Origin: a virus
Length of the DNA: 64,000 nt
IMG/VR virus record: IMGVR_UViG_3300046698_000540
Span: 36,370-100,369 of that record
Strand: one strand, 5' to 3'
In this document: piece after piece, positions 38,043 through 45,132 of the stretch
Numbering within the stretch: the first letter of the stretch is position 1
Layout of the letters: every line of letters begins with the position of its first letter
Translations under genes and position numbers: made by a program
The notes under the pieces: generated by a model
What the model was told of the DNA's origin: nothing
The model's input: the letters and a program-made list of their open reading frames with translations, nothing else
Database searches by the model: none

Positions 38043-38930
38043 CTACGCCGCGGACGTGGGAGCGGAGGGAAACAAACTCTGTTGCTGTTTGGCGGGTTTG
38101 GGAGCATTCGGAATCGCCTTCCGGGATACTACCGCCTTGCGGTTCTCCTCAAAATCAGAGAGCTCGCCGGGTGTCGGCTTGCGCACCATCGCCAGCCGGC
38201 ATTTGTAAGTGCTGTCCGTGTATTCTCCGCTGTTGCTCCGGATCAGCTCCACAGTCTCCACGGCATACGCCGGATCCTCGCCCTCCTCCAGGTAGTCGGG
38301 ATTATAGGTCACCACTTTGAAGTGGCCGTCCTTCCCGATCTCCTGGACTTGCGCGAGAACCACACCGGGCGCCCAATCCCCGTCCCCCGTAACTTTGGGG
38401 TACACGAGCGCGGCCACGTCGCCTACCTTGAGGGCGGCTTTGTCCGGCGAACGCTGCGCCGAACTGGACCGGATGCCTTCGAGAGCATCCCGCTGCTCCT
38501 TATTGGGCCGTTTCACTATCACTACGCGCTCATCGTTGGCATCGATGATCTCAGTGCTGACCCCCCGGCCATTTTCGCGCCGCTTGGTCAACCTCTCCGC
38601 CACTTTCAAAGAGCCTGCACGGGGCGGTTTGTTCGGGAACAGGAACTTGATTGACGCATCGGCGCCGTCCTGAGAAACGGTCACCACTTCCGCGCCATAC
38701 ACGCCGGGAATGCGCCCCGGCTCCATCGCGTACGCGACCGTAATCAGATCGCCCGCCCGTAGCCCTTTCAGCGTTGCCAGCGCCGGCAGAGTATCTGGTG
38801 GCGGAGTGGAATCCGTCGCCACGGGAACCACCTTGGGCGGCTCCTTTTTCTTGATTACCTTCTTCCCTTCCAGAGCGCCCACCAGTTTTGTGGCGAACTC
38901 CCCTTCCGGTTTTTTCTTTGCCATGTTCAT
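38043..38930 (-). CDS. Hypothetical protein
   Basis: Start MNMAKKK after GGAAAGGA hairpin. Confidence 0.65.
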   Translation of the reverse strand: MNMAKKKPEGEFATKLVGALEGKKVIKKKEPPKVVPVATDSTPPPDTLPALATLKGLRAGDLITVAYAMEPGRIPGVYGAEVVTVSQDGADASIKFLFPNKPPRAGSLKVAERLTKRRENGRGVSTEIIDANDERVVIVKRPNKEQRDALEGIRSSSAQRSPDKAALKVGDVAALVYPKVTGDGDWAPGVVLAQVQEIGKDGHFKVVTYNPDYLEEGEDPAYAVETVELIRSNSGEYTDSTYKCRLAMVRKPTPGELSDFEENRKAVVSRKAIPNAPKPAKQQQSLFPSAPTSAA

Positions 38931-38966
38931 CAGGGGTCCTTTCCACCCCAGACTGCTGCCTTCGAA

Positions 38967-39054
38967 TCGCAGCCGTCTCTTGGGCGCGCTCGACGTGTTC
39001 CTCGCCGAGAGACTTTCGTCCGGGATGGGTCCCGCGCCCAAGACGCGGCTGCGA
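38967..39054 (-). ncRNA. Unknown multi-stem structured RNA element
   Basis: Long closing stem UCGCAGCCG..UCUUGGGCGCG / CGCGCCCAAGA..CGGCUGCGA enclosing three hairpins, one with a GAAA tetraloop. Confidence 0.55.
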
Positions 39055-39071
39055 ACCGCGCCACTACCTGC

Positions 39072-39341
39072 CTATTCCGGGCGATTCATCAGCGATCGCA
39101 GCTTGTCTGCAATCCGCCCGAACAGGTTCTTTTGTTTCCGTTGCTGCCGCTCGACCTGTTGTTGAAACCAGGGCGGCCTGTGTAGAACCGAAGTCACCTT
39201 CACTTCCTTCGGCCCTTTCTTTGTGGGGACTTCCACCGTCGCCGTGCTACGACCGGCGCCGCGGTGATGAACGGGCGCTGCCGCCCCCGCTCCCAAATTG
39301 TATCTGTTGTCTTTTCCAATCGCGAAAAAATGATGCGCCAT
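39072..39341 (-). CDS. Small basic protein
   Basis: Start MAHHFF after GAGGAGG. Confidence 0.55.
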   Translation of the reverse strand: MAHHFFAIGKDNRYNLGAGAAAPVHHRGAGRSTATVEVPTKKGPKEVKVTSVLHRPPWFQQQVERQQRKQKNLFGRIADKLRSLMNRPE

Positions 39342-40072
39342 TACACCTCCTCGAATAACCCTGCCTGACCTCCCCACGGCGCAACCTGCCGCTGTGTGGG
39401 CCTTCCTTCGTTGTAACCTCCGATTCGAGCCTTGCGCAGCCTCTCGTATTCCTCGGCTTCCTCCCGGACCCCGAGCCGGATCGCTATGCCCGATCTCTCG
39501 TTGTCCGTATCCCACCAGCCGCCAAGGCCGTCCCTTGCCATCAACACGTCTTCCGGCTCCGCCTCTTCATACTCAAAGCGGATCTTCAGCACGTTCTGCT
39601 CCGGAATTTCCAAGACCCGGCCGATATATTCGCCGGCATCATCACCTGGCCAAGGATACATGGCCACAACGATGTCTCCGAACGTGAATGGCCCTTCCTT
39701 CCGGACCGGGAAGCACTCGCGGAGGCACATAGGGCAGTAACCCTTCCCCGCGAAATACTCCAGCACCTTGACGAACCAAGGCTTTCCGCAGATATCGCAC
39801 TCTGCCGATACCTGGTTGACTTGGACAGGCGGCAACTCAATGACGGGAACCTCACCGTTCAGGTGCTGTTCCGTTCTGAGCCACAATCTCTGCCCGTGGC
39901 CGATCCCGACGCCCACGCCGTGCTCCTTAAAATGCCCCAGGCACATATTCCGCCAAGGGCCGGCCTTTGTGATGCCGTCGTACCGCGCCAACAGCCGCTG
40001 GTCGCGGTCCTTCTTGTGCTTGCAAAAATCGCAAGGGGGAAGTTTCTCTACTGTTCTTTCTTCACCGTGCAT
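39341..40072 (-). CDS. Zinc-finger domain protein
   Basis: CDFC...GPWRNMCLGHF...GVGIGHGQ, second CDIC..CPMC. Confidence 0.65.
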   Translation of the reverse strand: MHGEERTVEKLPPCDFCKHKKDRDQRLLARYDGITKAGPWRNMCLGHFKEHGVGVGIGHGQRLWLRTEQHLNGEVPVIELPPVQVNQVSAECDICGKPWFVKVLEYFAGKGYCPMCLRECFPVRKEGPFTFGDIVVAMYPWPGDDAGEYIGRVLEIPEQNVLKIRFEYEEAEPEDVLMARDGLGGWWDTDNERSGIAIRLGVREEAEEYERLRKARIGGYNEGRPTQRQVAPWGGQAGLFEEV

Positions 40073-40230
40073 GGTGGTACCTCCTCCAAGGCGACCCGAC
40101 TACGCCGCCAGATAATGCAGGAATACCCTGTCGAAAGGGCCGTATCTTTGGCGGCTTTTCTGTTTGAATACGGACCATACAACCGATCCGTTCCTTTCAC
40201 TTCCACCTCATACTCAATAGAATTGGCCAT
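40048..40230 (-). CDS. Small hypothetical protein
   Basis: Likely start MANSIEY. Confidence 0.5.
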   Translation of the reverse strand: MANSIEYEVEVKGTDRLYGPYSNRKAAKDTALSTGYSCIIWRRSRVALEEVPPCTVKKEQ

Positions 40231-40237
40231 GCCGCCC

Positions 40238-40420
40238 CTACTTTCTTCTCTTCGCCAGGCGCTGGCACTTCCCACAGGTTACCCGCTTCGGGTCCGACGT
40301 GGAAGGAAGCCTGGACTTATCTGTATCCAACAGCTCAGCCTTTGCGTAGCACGCCGGAAAGCGCATGCCTGCATTGATAAACAACCTTTGGTCCTGCAAA
40401 TGAATTTTTGCCATGTTCAC
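40238..40420 (-). CDS. Small hypothetical protein
   Basis: Follows RBS hairpin of ribozyme C. Confidence 0.6.
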   Translation of the reverse strand: MNMAKIHLQDQRLFINAGMRFPACYAKAELLDTDKSRLPSTSDPKRVTCGKCQRLAKRRK

Positions 40421-40441
40421 CGCGTCCTTTCTCCGCGAGGC

Positions 40442-40506
40442 TTTCGCCTACCTCCCTGTGCGGGAGGTTTCGAGCCGGCGCCCACCGGCCCATCTTCAGG
40501 ACGAAA
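40442..40506 (-). ncRNA. Type I hammerhead ribozyme C
   Basis: UUUCGUC CUGAAGA UG GGCCGG-UGGGCG-CCGGCU C GAAA CCUCCC-GCACA-GGGAGG UA^GGCGAAA. Confidence 0.88.
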
Positions 40507-40834
40507 TTTCCGCTCTTGTGTCTCCCAAGATCGTGATTGAGCTGTGGGTTTCCTTCCATGCAACCGCAGCCACATGAAAGCTCTTCAGCCTATCGATCTG
40601 TTGCGTGACCCAGAACGCTTGCGTTTCCAATCCTACTTGCATATACATGGTCAGCAGGATATGCGTTCCTTTCAACACCATCCCCCGATCCGCGAACCTG
40701 CCTTCTACCGCCATGGGGGGCCGCCCGGTGTGCATGATGCTGTAAACACTCACGACCCCGGCGTACCGCAAATACTCGGTCACCACGGCGCCCGGATCGG
40801 GCACCAGCATGGTGATAGCCACTCTTGTTGCCAT
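40496..40834 (-). CDS. Hypothetical protein
   Basis: Between ribozymes D and C; stop codon lies in the CUGA core of C. Confidence 0.6.
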   Translation of the reverse strand: MATRVAITMLVPDPGAVVTEYLRYAGVVSVYSIMHTGRPPMAVEGRFADRGMVLKGTHILLTMYMQVGLETQAFWVTQQIDRLKSFHVAAVAWKETHSSITILGDTRAEISS

Positions 40835-40862
40835 TTTTCAAAGGCTCCTTTCCAGCCTAGCT

Positions 40863-40929
40863 TTCGCCTATGGCGGGCCTCCCGGCCGGCCATTTCGACC
40901 TGGAGCCACCAGGTTCTCTTCGGGGCGAA
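40863..40929 (-). ncRNA. Type I hammerhead ribozyme D (CCGAAGA core)
   Basis: UUCGCC CCGAAGA GA ACCUGG-UGGCU-CCAGGU CGAAA UGGC..GCCA UA^GGCGAA. Confidence 0.8.
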
Positions 40930-41274
40930 CTACTCCGTTTCTTCCCATGGCTTTTCGCCGGGCTCCTGGTACAGGGCCAGGCCACAAGAATTATGCAAAG
41001 CTTCCCACAACCGGTCGCCGCGGGCCAGCAACTCCTCCTTGGGTTGCAACTTCTTGTGATTCCCAACAAAGCCTTGTTCCTCGGGAGTCGTTTGATCCAT
41101 TGCATCTCCTGCCTGTTCCAGCAGCTCCGCCATGTAGGTTTGCGCGTCATCCCATTCTGCGAGAGACCGGGCCGCCATCATCACCAATGACAGGCGCGCG
41201 ATCGATCTAGCCCAGGTTCTCAGCTTTACAAGCGTGATTTGGGCATTCGTCAATTCTGTTGGTATTGTTGCCAT
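40930..41274 (-). CDS. Hypothetical protein
   Basis: Between ribozymes E and D. Confidence 0.65.
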   Translation of the reverse strand: MATIPTELTNAQITLVKLRTWARSIARLSLVMMAARSLAEWDDAQTYMAELLEQAGDAMDQTTPEEQGFVGNHKKLQPKEELLARGDRLWEALHNSCGLALYQEPGEKPWEETE

Positions 41275-41300
41275 TTCAAAGCTCCTTTCCAGCTTGGCTT

Positions 41301-41359
41301 TCGCCTACCGGCTGTAGAGGCCGGTTTCATCCGGGCGCCGCCCGAACTCTTCAGGACGA
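41301..41359 (-). ncRNA. Type I hammerhead ribozyme E
   Basis: UCGUC CUGAAGA G UUCGGG-CGGCG-CCCGGA U GAAA CCGGC-CUCUACA-GCCGG UA^GGCGA. Confidence 0.88.
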
Positions 41360-41827
41360 TTACAAGGTGTCCGCAGCGTTTCCTTCAGGATCATCTCCAG
41401 CGAAAAACGCTCTCTGGCCCTCCAGTTTCGCCAGAGTCTTCCGCTGTTCCTCCACTTCGATCCCAACACCCTGCTTGCCGTACAGCCAAGCAATCACCAG
41501 TTCCAACGATGCGTCCTCGTAACACATCTCCTGGTGGTTCACCGGCACGGCATAGAACCTGCTGGCCCCCACTTTGTACACCATGCCGATCCCCTGCTCG
41601 CCTGGATGTAGACGCACCTCGTAGCAGGGCGCCAGTAGCAGGTTTATGCCGTGATACCTGGCGGGGATTGCCAACAGGCGATTTTGCATCTGCTTTTCCG
41701 CCCGTGCCAGTTCCTCGGATTCCAACTGCGCTTCGTTTCGTTTTGCCATTGCTTTCTCACTCCTGTCCAAATATGCCAGCAGATCGGTCCGATTCCGTTC
41801 GCAATGATCTTCAAATTCGACCATCAT
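41360..41827 (-). CDS. Hypothetical protein
   Basis: Between ribozymes F and E. Confidence 0.65.
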   Translation of the reverse strand: MMVEFEDHCERNRTDLLAYLDRSEKAMAKRNEAQLESEELARAEKQMQNRLLAIPARYHGINLLLAPCYEVRLHPGEQGIGMVYKVGASRFYAVPVNHQEMCYEDASLELVIAWLYGKQGVGIEVEEQRKTLAKLEGQRAFFAGDDPEGNAADTL

Positions 41828-41858
41828 AATCTTTTAGCCGGTCCTTTCCACCGGAGCT

Positions 41859-41918
41859 TTCGCCGACCGCCTTGTCTGGCGGTTTCGTCCCTGCGCTACA
41901 GGAACTCATCGGGGCGAA
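41859..41918 (-). ncRNA. Type I hammerhead ribozyme F (CCGAUGA core)
   Basis: UUCGCC CCGAUGA G UUCCUG-UAGCG-CAGGGA C GAAA CCGCC-AGACAA-GGCGG UC^GGCGAA. Confidence 0.82.
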
Positions 41919-42109
41919 TTTCTTTCCTCTTCATTTTCCCGGAGAGCCTTGTCGAATTCACTATTGCGTTTAGCTCTCTCGGAGGTAGCTTCTCGCCAAA
42001 CATGCCTGTCAGTTTGCGAGGCATTTGGATGCTCAAGACTATCCAGGATTGCAAACGCAATAACGAAGACAAAAAGCCCAAGCCAGCAGAGTTTCATTTC
42101 ACGTTTCAT
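41906..42109 (-). CDS. Small membrane-anchored protein
   Basis: MKREMKLCWLGLFVFVIAFAIL; stop codon lies in the core of ribozyme F. Confidence 0.6.
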   Translation of the reverse strand: MKREMKLCWLGLFVFVIAFAILDSLEHPNASQTDRHVWREATSERAKRNSEFDKALRENEEERNSPR

Positions 42110-42132
42110 AAGAGCTCCTTTCAAGCCCAGCT

Positions 42133-42194
42133 TTCGCCTATCCCCCTGAGCGGGGGATTTCGGCCGGAAGCCATCCGGCCATCATCGGGGCGAA
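42133..42194 (-). ncRNA. Type I hammerhead ribozyme G (CCGAUGA core)
   Basis: UUCGCC CCGAUGA U GGCCGGA-UGGCU-UCCGGCC GAAA UCCCCC-GCUCA-GGGGGA UA^GGCGAA. Confidence 0.82.
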
Positions 42195-42581
42195 CTACCA
42201 TTCCAGGTTGTTGAGCGCCGCCAGTACCATAACCTCGACCGGGGTCAACGCCACCACAAAGACGTCCACCACGATAGCGCCCTGGAGCGCTTCGTGATGC
42301 TGGCCGCCGATCGCGTGTTCCTTCAGCGGTTCCACCAGATCCTCCAGGCGGATTTTTTCCTGGACGGGAAGACGATTCCTGGTATCCTTCACCAGCGCCT
42401 GACCCGTGCCCAATCCCAATCGGCAGCCCAGGCCGTCGAAATGCACCTGGCACAGGTTTGCCCAGCACATGCCGCCCCATCCGGGGAGCTTCGCGCTGTA
42501 CAACGCCGGCGTCTGTTGATCCTCCGCCCTGCACACATCGCAGTCCGGACGCTCTCTCACCATCACTTTATTGTTTGCCAT
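42195..42581 (-). CDS. Zinc-finger domain protein
   Basis: CDVC...WANLCQVHF...LGLGTGQ, same domain as 39341..40072. Confidence 0.65.
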   Translation of the reverse strand: MANNKVMVRERPDCDVCRAEDQQTPALYSAKLPGWGGMCWANLCQVHFDGLGCRLGLGTGQALVKDTRNRLPVQEKIRLEDLVEPLKEHAIGGQHHEALQGAIVVDVFVVALTPVEVMVLAALNNLEW

Positions 42582-42614
42582 GTTCGTTTGATTCGGCTCC
42601 TTTCCAGCCGGGCT

Positions 42615-42681
42615 TTCGCCTATGCCCCCTACTTCTTGGGGGCATTTCGCTTCCGCGCCACGGAAGCCTCTTCAGGGCGAA
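42615..42681 (-). ncRNA. Type I hammerhead ribozyme H
   Basis: UUCGCC CUGAAGA G GCUUCCG-UGGCG-CGGAAGC GAAA UGCCCCC-8nt-GGGGGCA UA^GGCGAA. Confidence 0.9.
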
Positions 42682-42778
42682 GATTCTCTCTGCGCGCCCA
42701 AAAAAATCCGGCCACGCAGGAGCACTACCTGGGCACCACACCGGCATGTGGCCGATGTCCCGCATACGCAGGGCCGGA

Positions 42779-43009
42779 TCATGCCGCGTTCTCGAAATGG
42801 AACCGCTCGCTGCGGCTGTAGCCCGGCCGCGGATTCCTGACCGTCCACGAGCCGTCCGCCTTCTCGCGCAACATCGTGCGCAGCTTCGAAGGCCCTGACT
42901 GAACCCCAATGCTCAGGGCCCCGGTCGTAGTGGCGAAGGTGTTGAACTCCACTCCCATCGCGCGCAACATGTTCCGCAGAATTCTGTTCTGTCTCTGTAG
43001 TCTTTTCAT
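42779..43009 (-). CDS. Hypothetical protein
   Basis: Between ribozymes I and H. Confidence 0.6.
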   Translation of the reverse strand: MKRLQRQNRILRNMLRAMGVEFNTFATTTGALSIGVQSGPSKLRTMLREKADGSWTVRNPRPGYSRSERFHFENAA

Positions 43010-43043
43010 ATTCGTGTTTGTCTCATCCTTTCCATGAGGGCTT

Positions 43044-43111
43044 TCGCCTAACGGCCCGCCTCCTTTTCGGGCCGTTTTCGGGGAGTTGCCGACTCCCCAT
43101 CTTCAGGGCGA
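43044..43111 (-). ncRNA. Type I hammerhead ribozyme I
   Basis: UCGCC CUGAAGA U GGGGAGU-CGGCA-ACUCCCC GAAA ACGGCCCG-9nt-CGGGCCGU UA^GGCGA. Confidence 0.88.
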
Positions 43112-43891
43112 TTACGCGGCGGCCGACTGCTTCTCCGTGGCCGCTTCCCACTTCGCGTACACTTCCTCCCACGCGGCGTCCGCGCCAATTTCCTTGGCCT
43201 TCACCCGCGCTTCCTCCACCAGCTTCACGTGCGCCGGTTTCATCGACGACTTCCAGGTCGCCTCCGCCTTCTTCCGATCGCCCGCGGCCGCCAGCAACCC
43301 TTCCAGGTCCTTGGCGCCGTAGAACTCGATCGCGCCGTTGCCCAGCGGATCCGTGCACTCGACCGCGATCGGCGTCTTCTTCGCCGTCGTGCGCAGCCCA
43401 ACCACCGTGAACTCGTACGGGTACTGGGGATCCAGGTCGTCGTCCGGGTCGGGCACGTGATACTTACGCCCGAGCCATTCCGGATTCACACCCTCGAAGT
43501 CCTTCGCCCGCTCGATCCACAGCGTCTGCATCGAGGGAACCGGCGCGCCGGCTTCGTTCCGGTACACCAGGTCCACGGCCACATACGGCGCCGTAACCGC
43601 GAAGTCCTCGACCGCCACCTGACGGCTGCCGAGCGCCTGCTCCACGATCTTCTCGAAGTCTCCGTCCGCGATTCCCAGGTCCACCGAGAACCCAAGACTC
43701 ACGTACCCGGAGTCCGTCGCGTCGTCCGATTCCTCGACCTTCACCGAGACTTTCGCCCGCGCTACCAGAGTTTCCAGTTTTGCGAGGATCTCGGATCGAA
43801 TGGCGGCCGTCGTCGCTTCGTCGAACTTCACCGGCACGAATTGCGATTTTTCCGCGACTGCAACTGCTTCTTTTCTGTTCTTGTTTGCCAT
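43112..43891 (-). CDS. Hypothetical acidic protein
   Basis: 259 aa between ribozymes J and I; strongly G/C-ending codons. Confidence 0.7.
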   Translation of the reverse strand: MANKNRKEAVAVAEKSQFVPVKFDEATTAAIRSEILAKLETLVARAKVSVKVEESDDATDSGYVSLGFSVDLGIADGDFEKIVEQALGSRQVAVEDFAVTAPYVAVDLVYRNEAGAPVPSMQTLWIERAKDFEGVNPEWLGRKYHVPDPDDDLDPQYPYEFTVVGLRTTAKKTPIAVECTDPLGNGAIEFYGAKDLEGLLAAAGDRKKAEATWKSSMKPAHVKLVEEARVKAKEIGADAAWEEVYAKWEAATEKQSAAA

Positions 43892-43924
43892 AACGTTTGT
43901 AAACCCGTCCTTTCCACGGGGGCT

Positions 43925-43981
43925 TTCGCCGACGCCTCACGGCGTTTCGACCTGGCGCCACCAGGCCTTCATCGGGGCGAA
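43925..43981 (-). ncRNA. Type I hammerhead ribozyme J (CCGAUGA core)
   Basis: UUCGCC CCGAUGA A GGCCUGG-UGGCG-CCAGGUC GAAA CGCC-GUGA-GGCG UC^GGCGAA. Confidence 0.82.
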
Positions 43982-44383
43982 CTACTCTACGCTTGTGTGA
44001 ATCCGGTTGCACCGGCAGCCTGGGGAATCGCAGAACTCGCTTTCCGCGTCCGCTTCGCTCACCAGGTCCTTGAACTGAAGCGGCTCCGATTCCAGATCCT
44101 CGTCGTACACCGAGGCCACCTGGGCCATGGACGTTCTTGCATCCTCGGCCGCGCCTGGCAGCGAGTCGTACCCTGCGTCGGTCAGTTCGTTGATCCTGGT
44201 TTCGATCAACCCGTTTGGCCCCACCGGATCCATTTCTTCGGAAGTGCATCCCGTTTCCGGATCCGTCTCTTCGCGCAAAAAGTCCGCGGCCAAGACCTCA
44301 TCCTGCATTGCCTCCCGGCAGTCCTCGCAGGGCTCTTCCAAATGCTGGCAATCTTCGCAACGAACTACTATTCCTTTTGCCAT
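43982..44383 (-). CDS. Acidic Cys-motif protein
   Basis: Start MAKGIV; CEDC..CEDC and C-terminal Cys cluster; between ribozymes K and J. Confidence 0.65.
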   Translation of the reverse strand: MAKGIVVRCEDCQHLEEPCEDCREAMQDEVLAADFLREETDPETGCTSEEMDPVGPNGLIETRINELTDAGYDSLPGAAEDARTSMAQVASVYDEDLESEPLQFKDLVSEADAESEFCDSPGCRCNRIHTSVE

Positions 44384-44414
44384 ATCGTTCAACCAGGTCC
44401 TTTCCACCTGAGCT

Positions 44415-44480
44415 TTCGCCTATTCATGCCGTCTGGACATAAATTTCGGCCGGGCGCTGCCCAGCCATCTTCAGGACGAA
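44415..44480 (-). ncRNA. Type I hammerhead ribozyme K
   Basis: UUCGUC CUGAAGA U GGCUGGG-CAGCG-CCCGGCC GAAA UUUAUGUC-CAGAC-GGCAUGAA UA^GGCGAA. Confidence 0.88.
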
Positions 44481-45038
44481 TTGTATTTTCCCACCACACT
44501 TCCCGCGGGGTTATGAGGCCCGCGGGTTCGCTTTGAATTCGACTCTCCAGTTTGCTTCCCAGTCCGAACGTTGCCCAAGTTGGGCGCCCCCGTCAGGGGA
44601 CCGTGTTACACCAGGCCAATTCGCCGCATCGTAAATCCCAGGGGCAAGCTCGTTCTGCCCAAAAATGTCACGACGATCTTCGCCGGGGACGTTTGCGGGG
44701 ACATGGTGATTCGACCGGGTAGCGAATGTCATCTGAGAAAGGAAAGGTATTAAAATGACATCCGTCGCCGGAGCCGTTTTCCGTATTCAATTGTCAAATA
44801 TCGCTTGGGTGCCTTCCCCGATCGGGAGCGGTTGGAGGGATTGTGCTGTGGCGGGAGTGGCCAGGGCTTTTGAGTCGTCGCGGCTTTTCACCAGCACCGA
44901 AATGCTGTGCACCTTGATAGGTAACGCCGAAACTTCCACCTCACCGAAGTGAGGACCGTTTCTGCCACCCGGTAGCACCGCCCCCGAAAGGGTCGGCCCC
45001 GGTTTGGTTCCCCCTTGTGAGGGGAGGGGTATGATTTA

Positions 45039-45067
45039 AGTATAGTATATCGTTGGGTATTTGTAAA
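45039..45067 (-). promoter_or_regulatory. Strong sigma70-like early promoter
   Basis: TTTACA-17 bp-TATACT; near-identical copy at 49759..49787. Confidence 0.85.
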
Positions 45068-45081
45068 GGGGTGTAAGTGTA

Positions 45082-45132
45082 TGAAAACAAAGGAGATGTT
45101 ATTATTGGTTGTAACCTATTGAAAACAAAGGA
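45082..45132. repeat. 13-bp direct repeat TGAAAACAAAGGA x2 upstream of the promoter
   Basis: Copies at 45082..45094 and 45120..45132 in an AT-rich patch. Confidence 0.7.

Noticed and set aside
36729-38654. 641-aa plus-strand ORF and similar long antisense ORFs (4069..5505, 21457..22929, 30922..31974, 43229..44536)
   Set aside because: Shadows of GC-rich minus-strand genes that have RBSs, motifs and operon packing; translations look non-protein-like.
37905-44480. Intergenic repeats as a CRISPR array, integron attC sites or plain terminators
   Set aside because: Spacers are whole genes of variable length, no cas or integrase gene is present, and conserved positions match the hammerhead core while stems covary.
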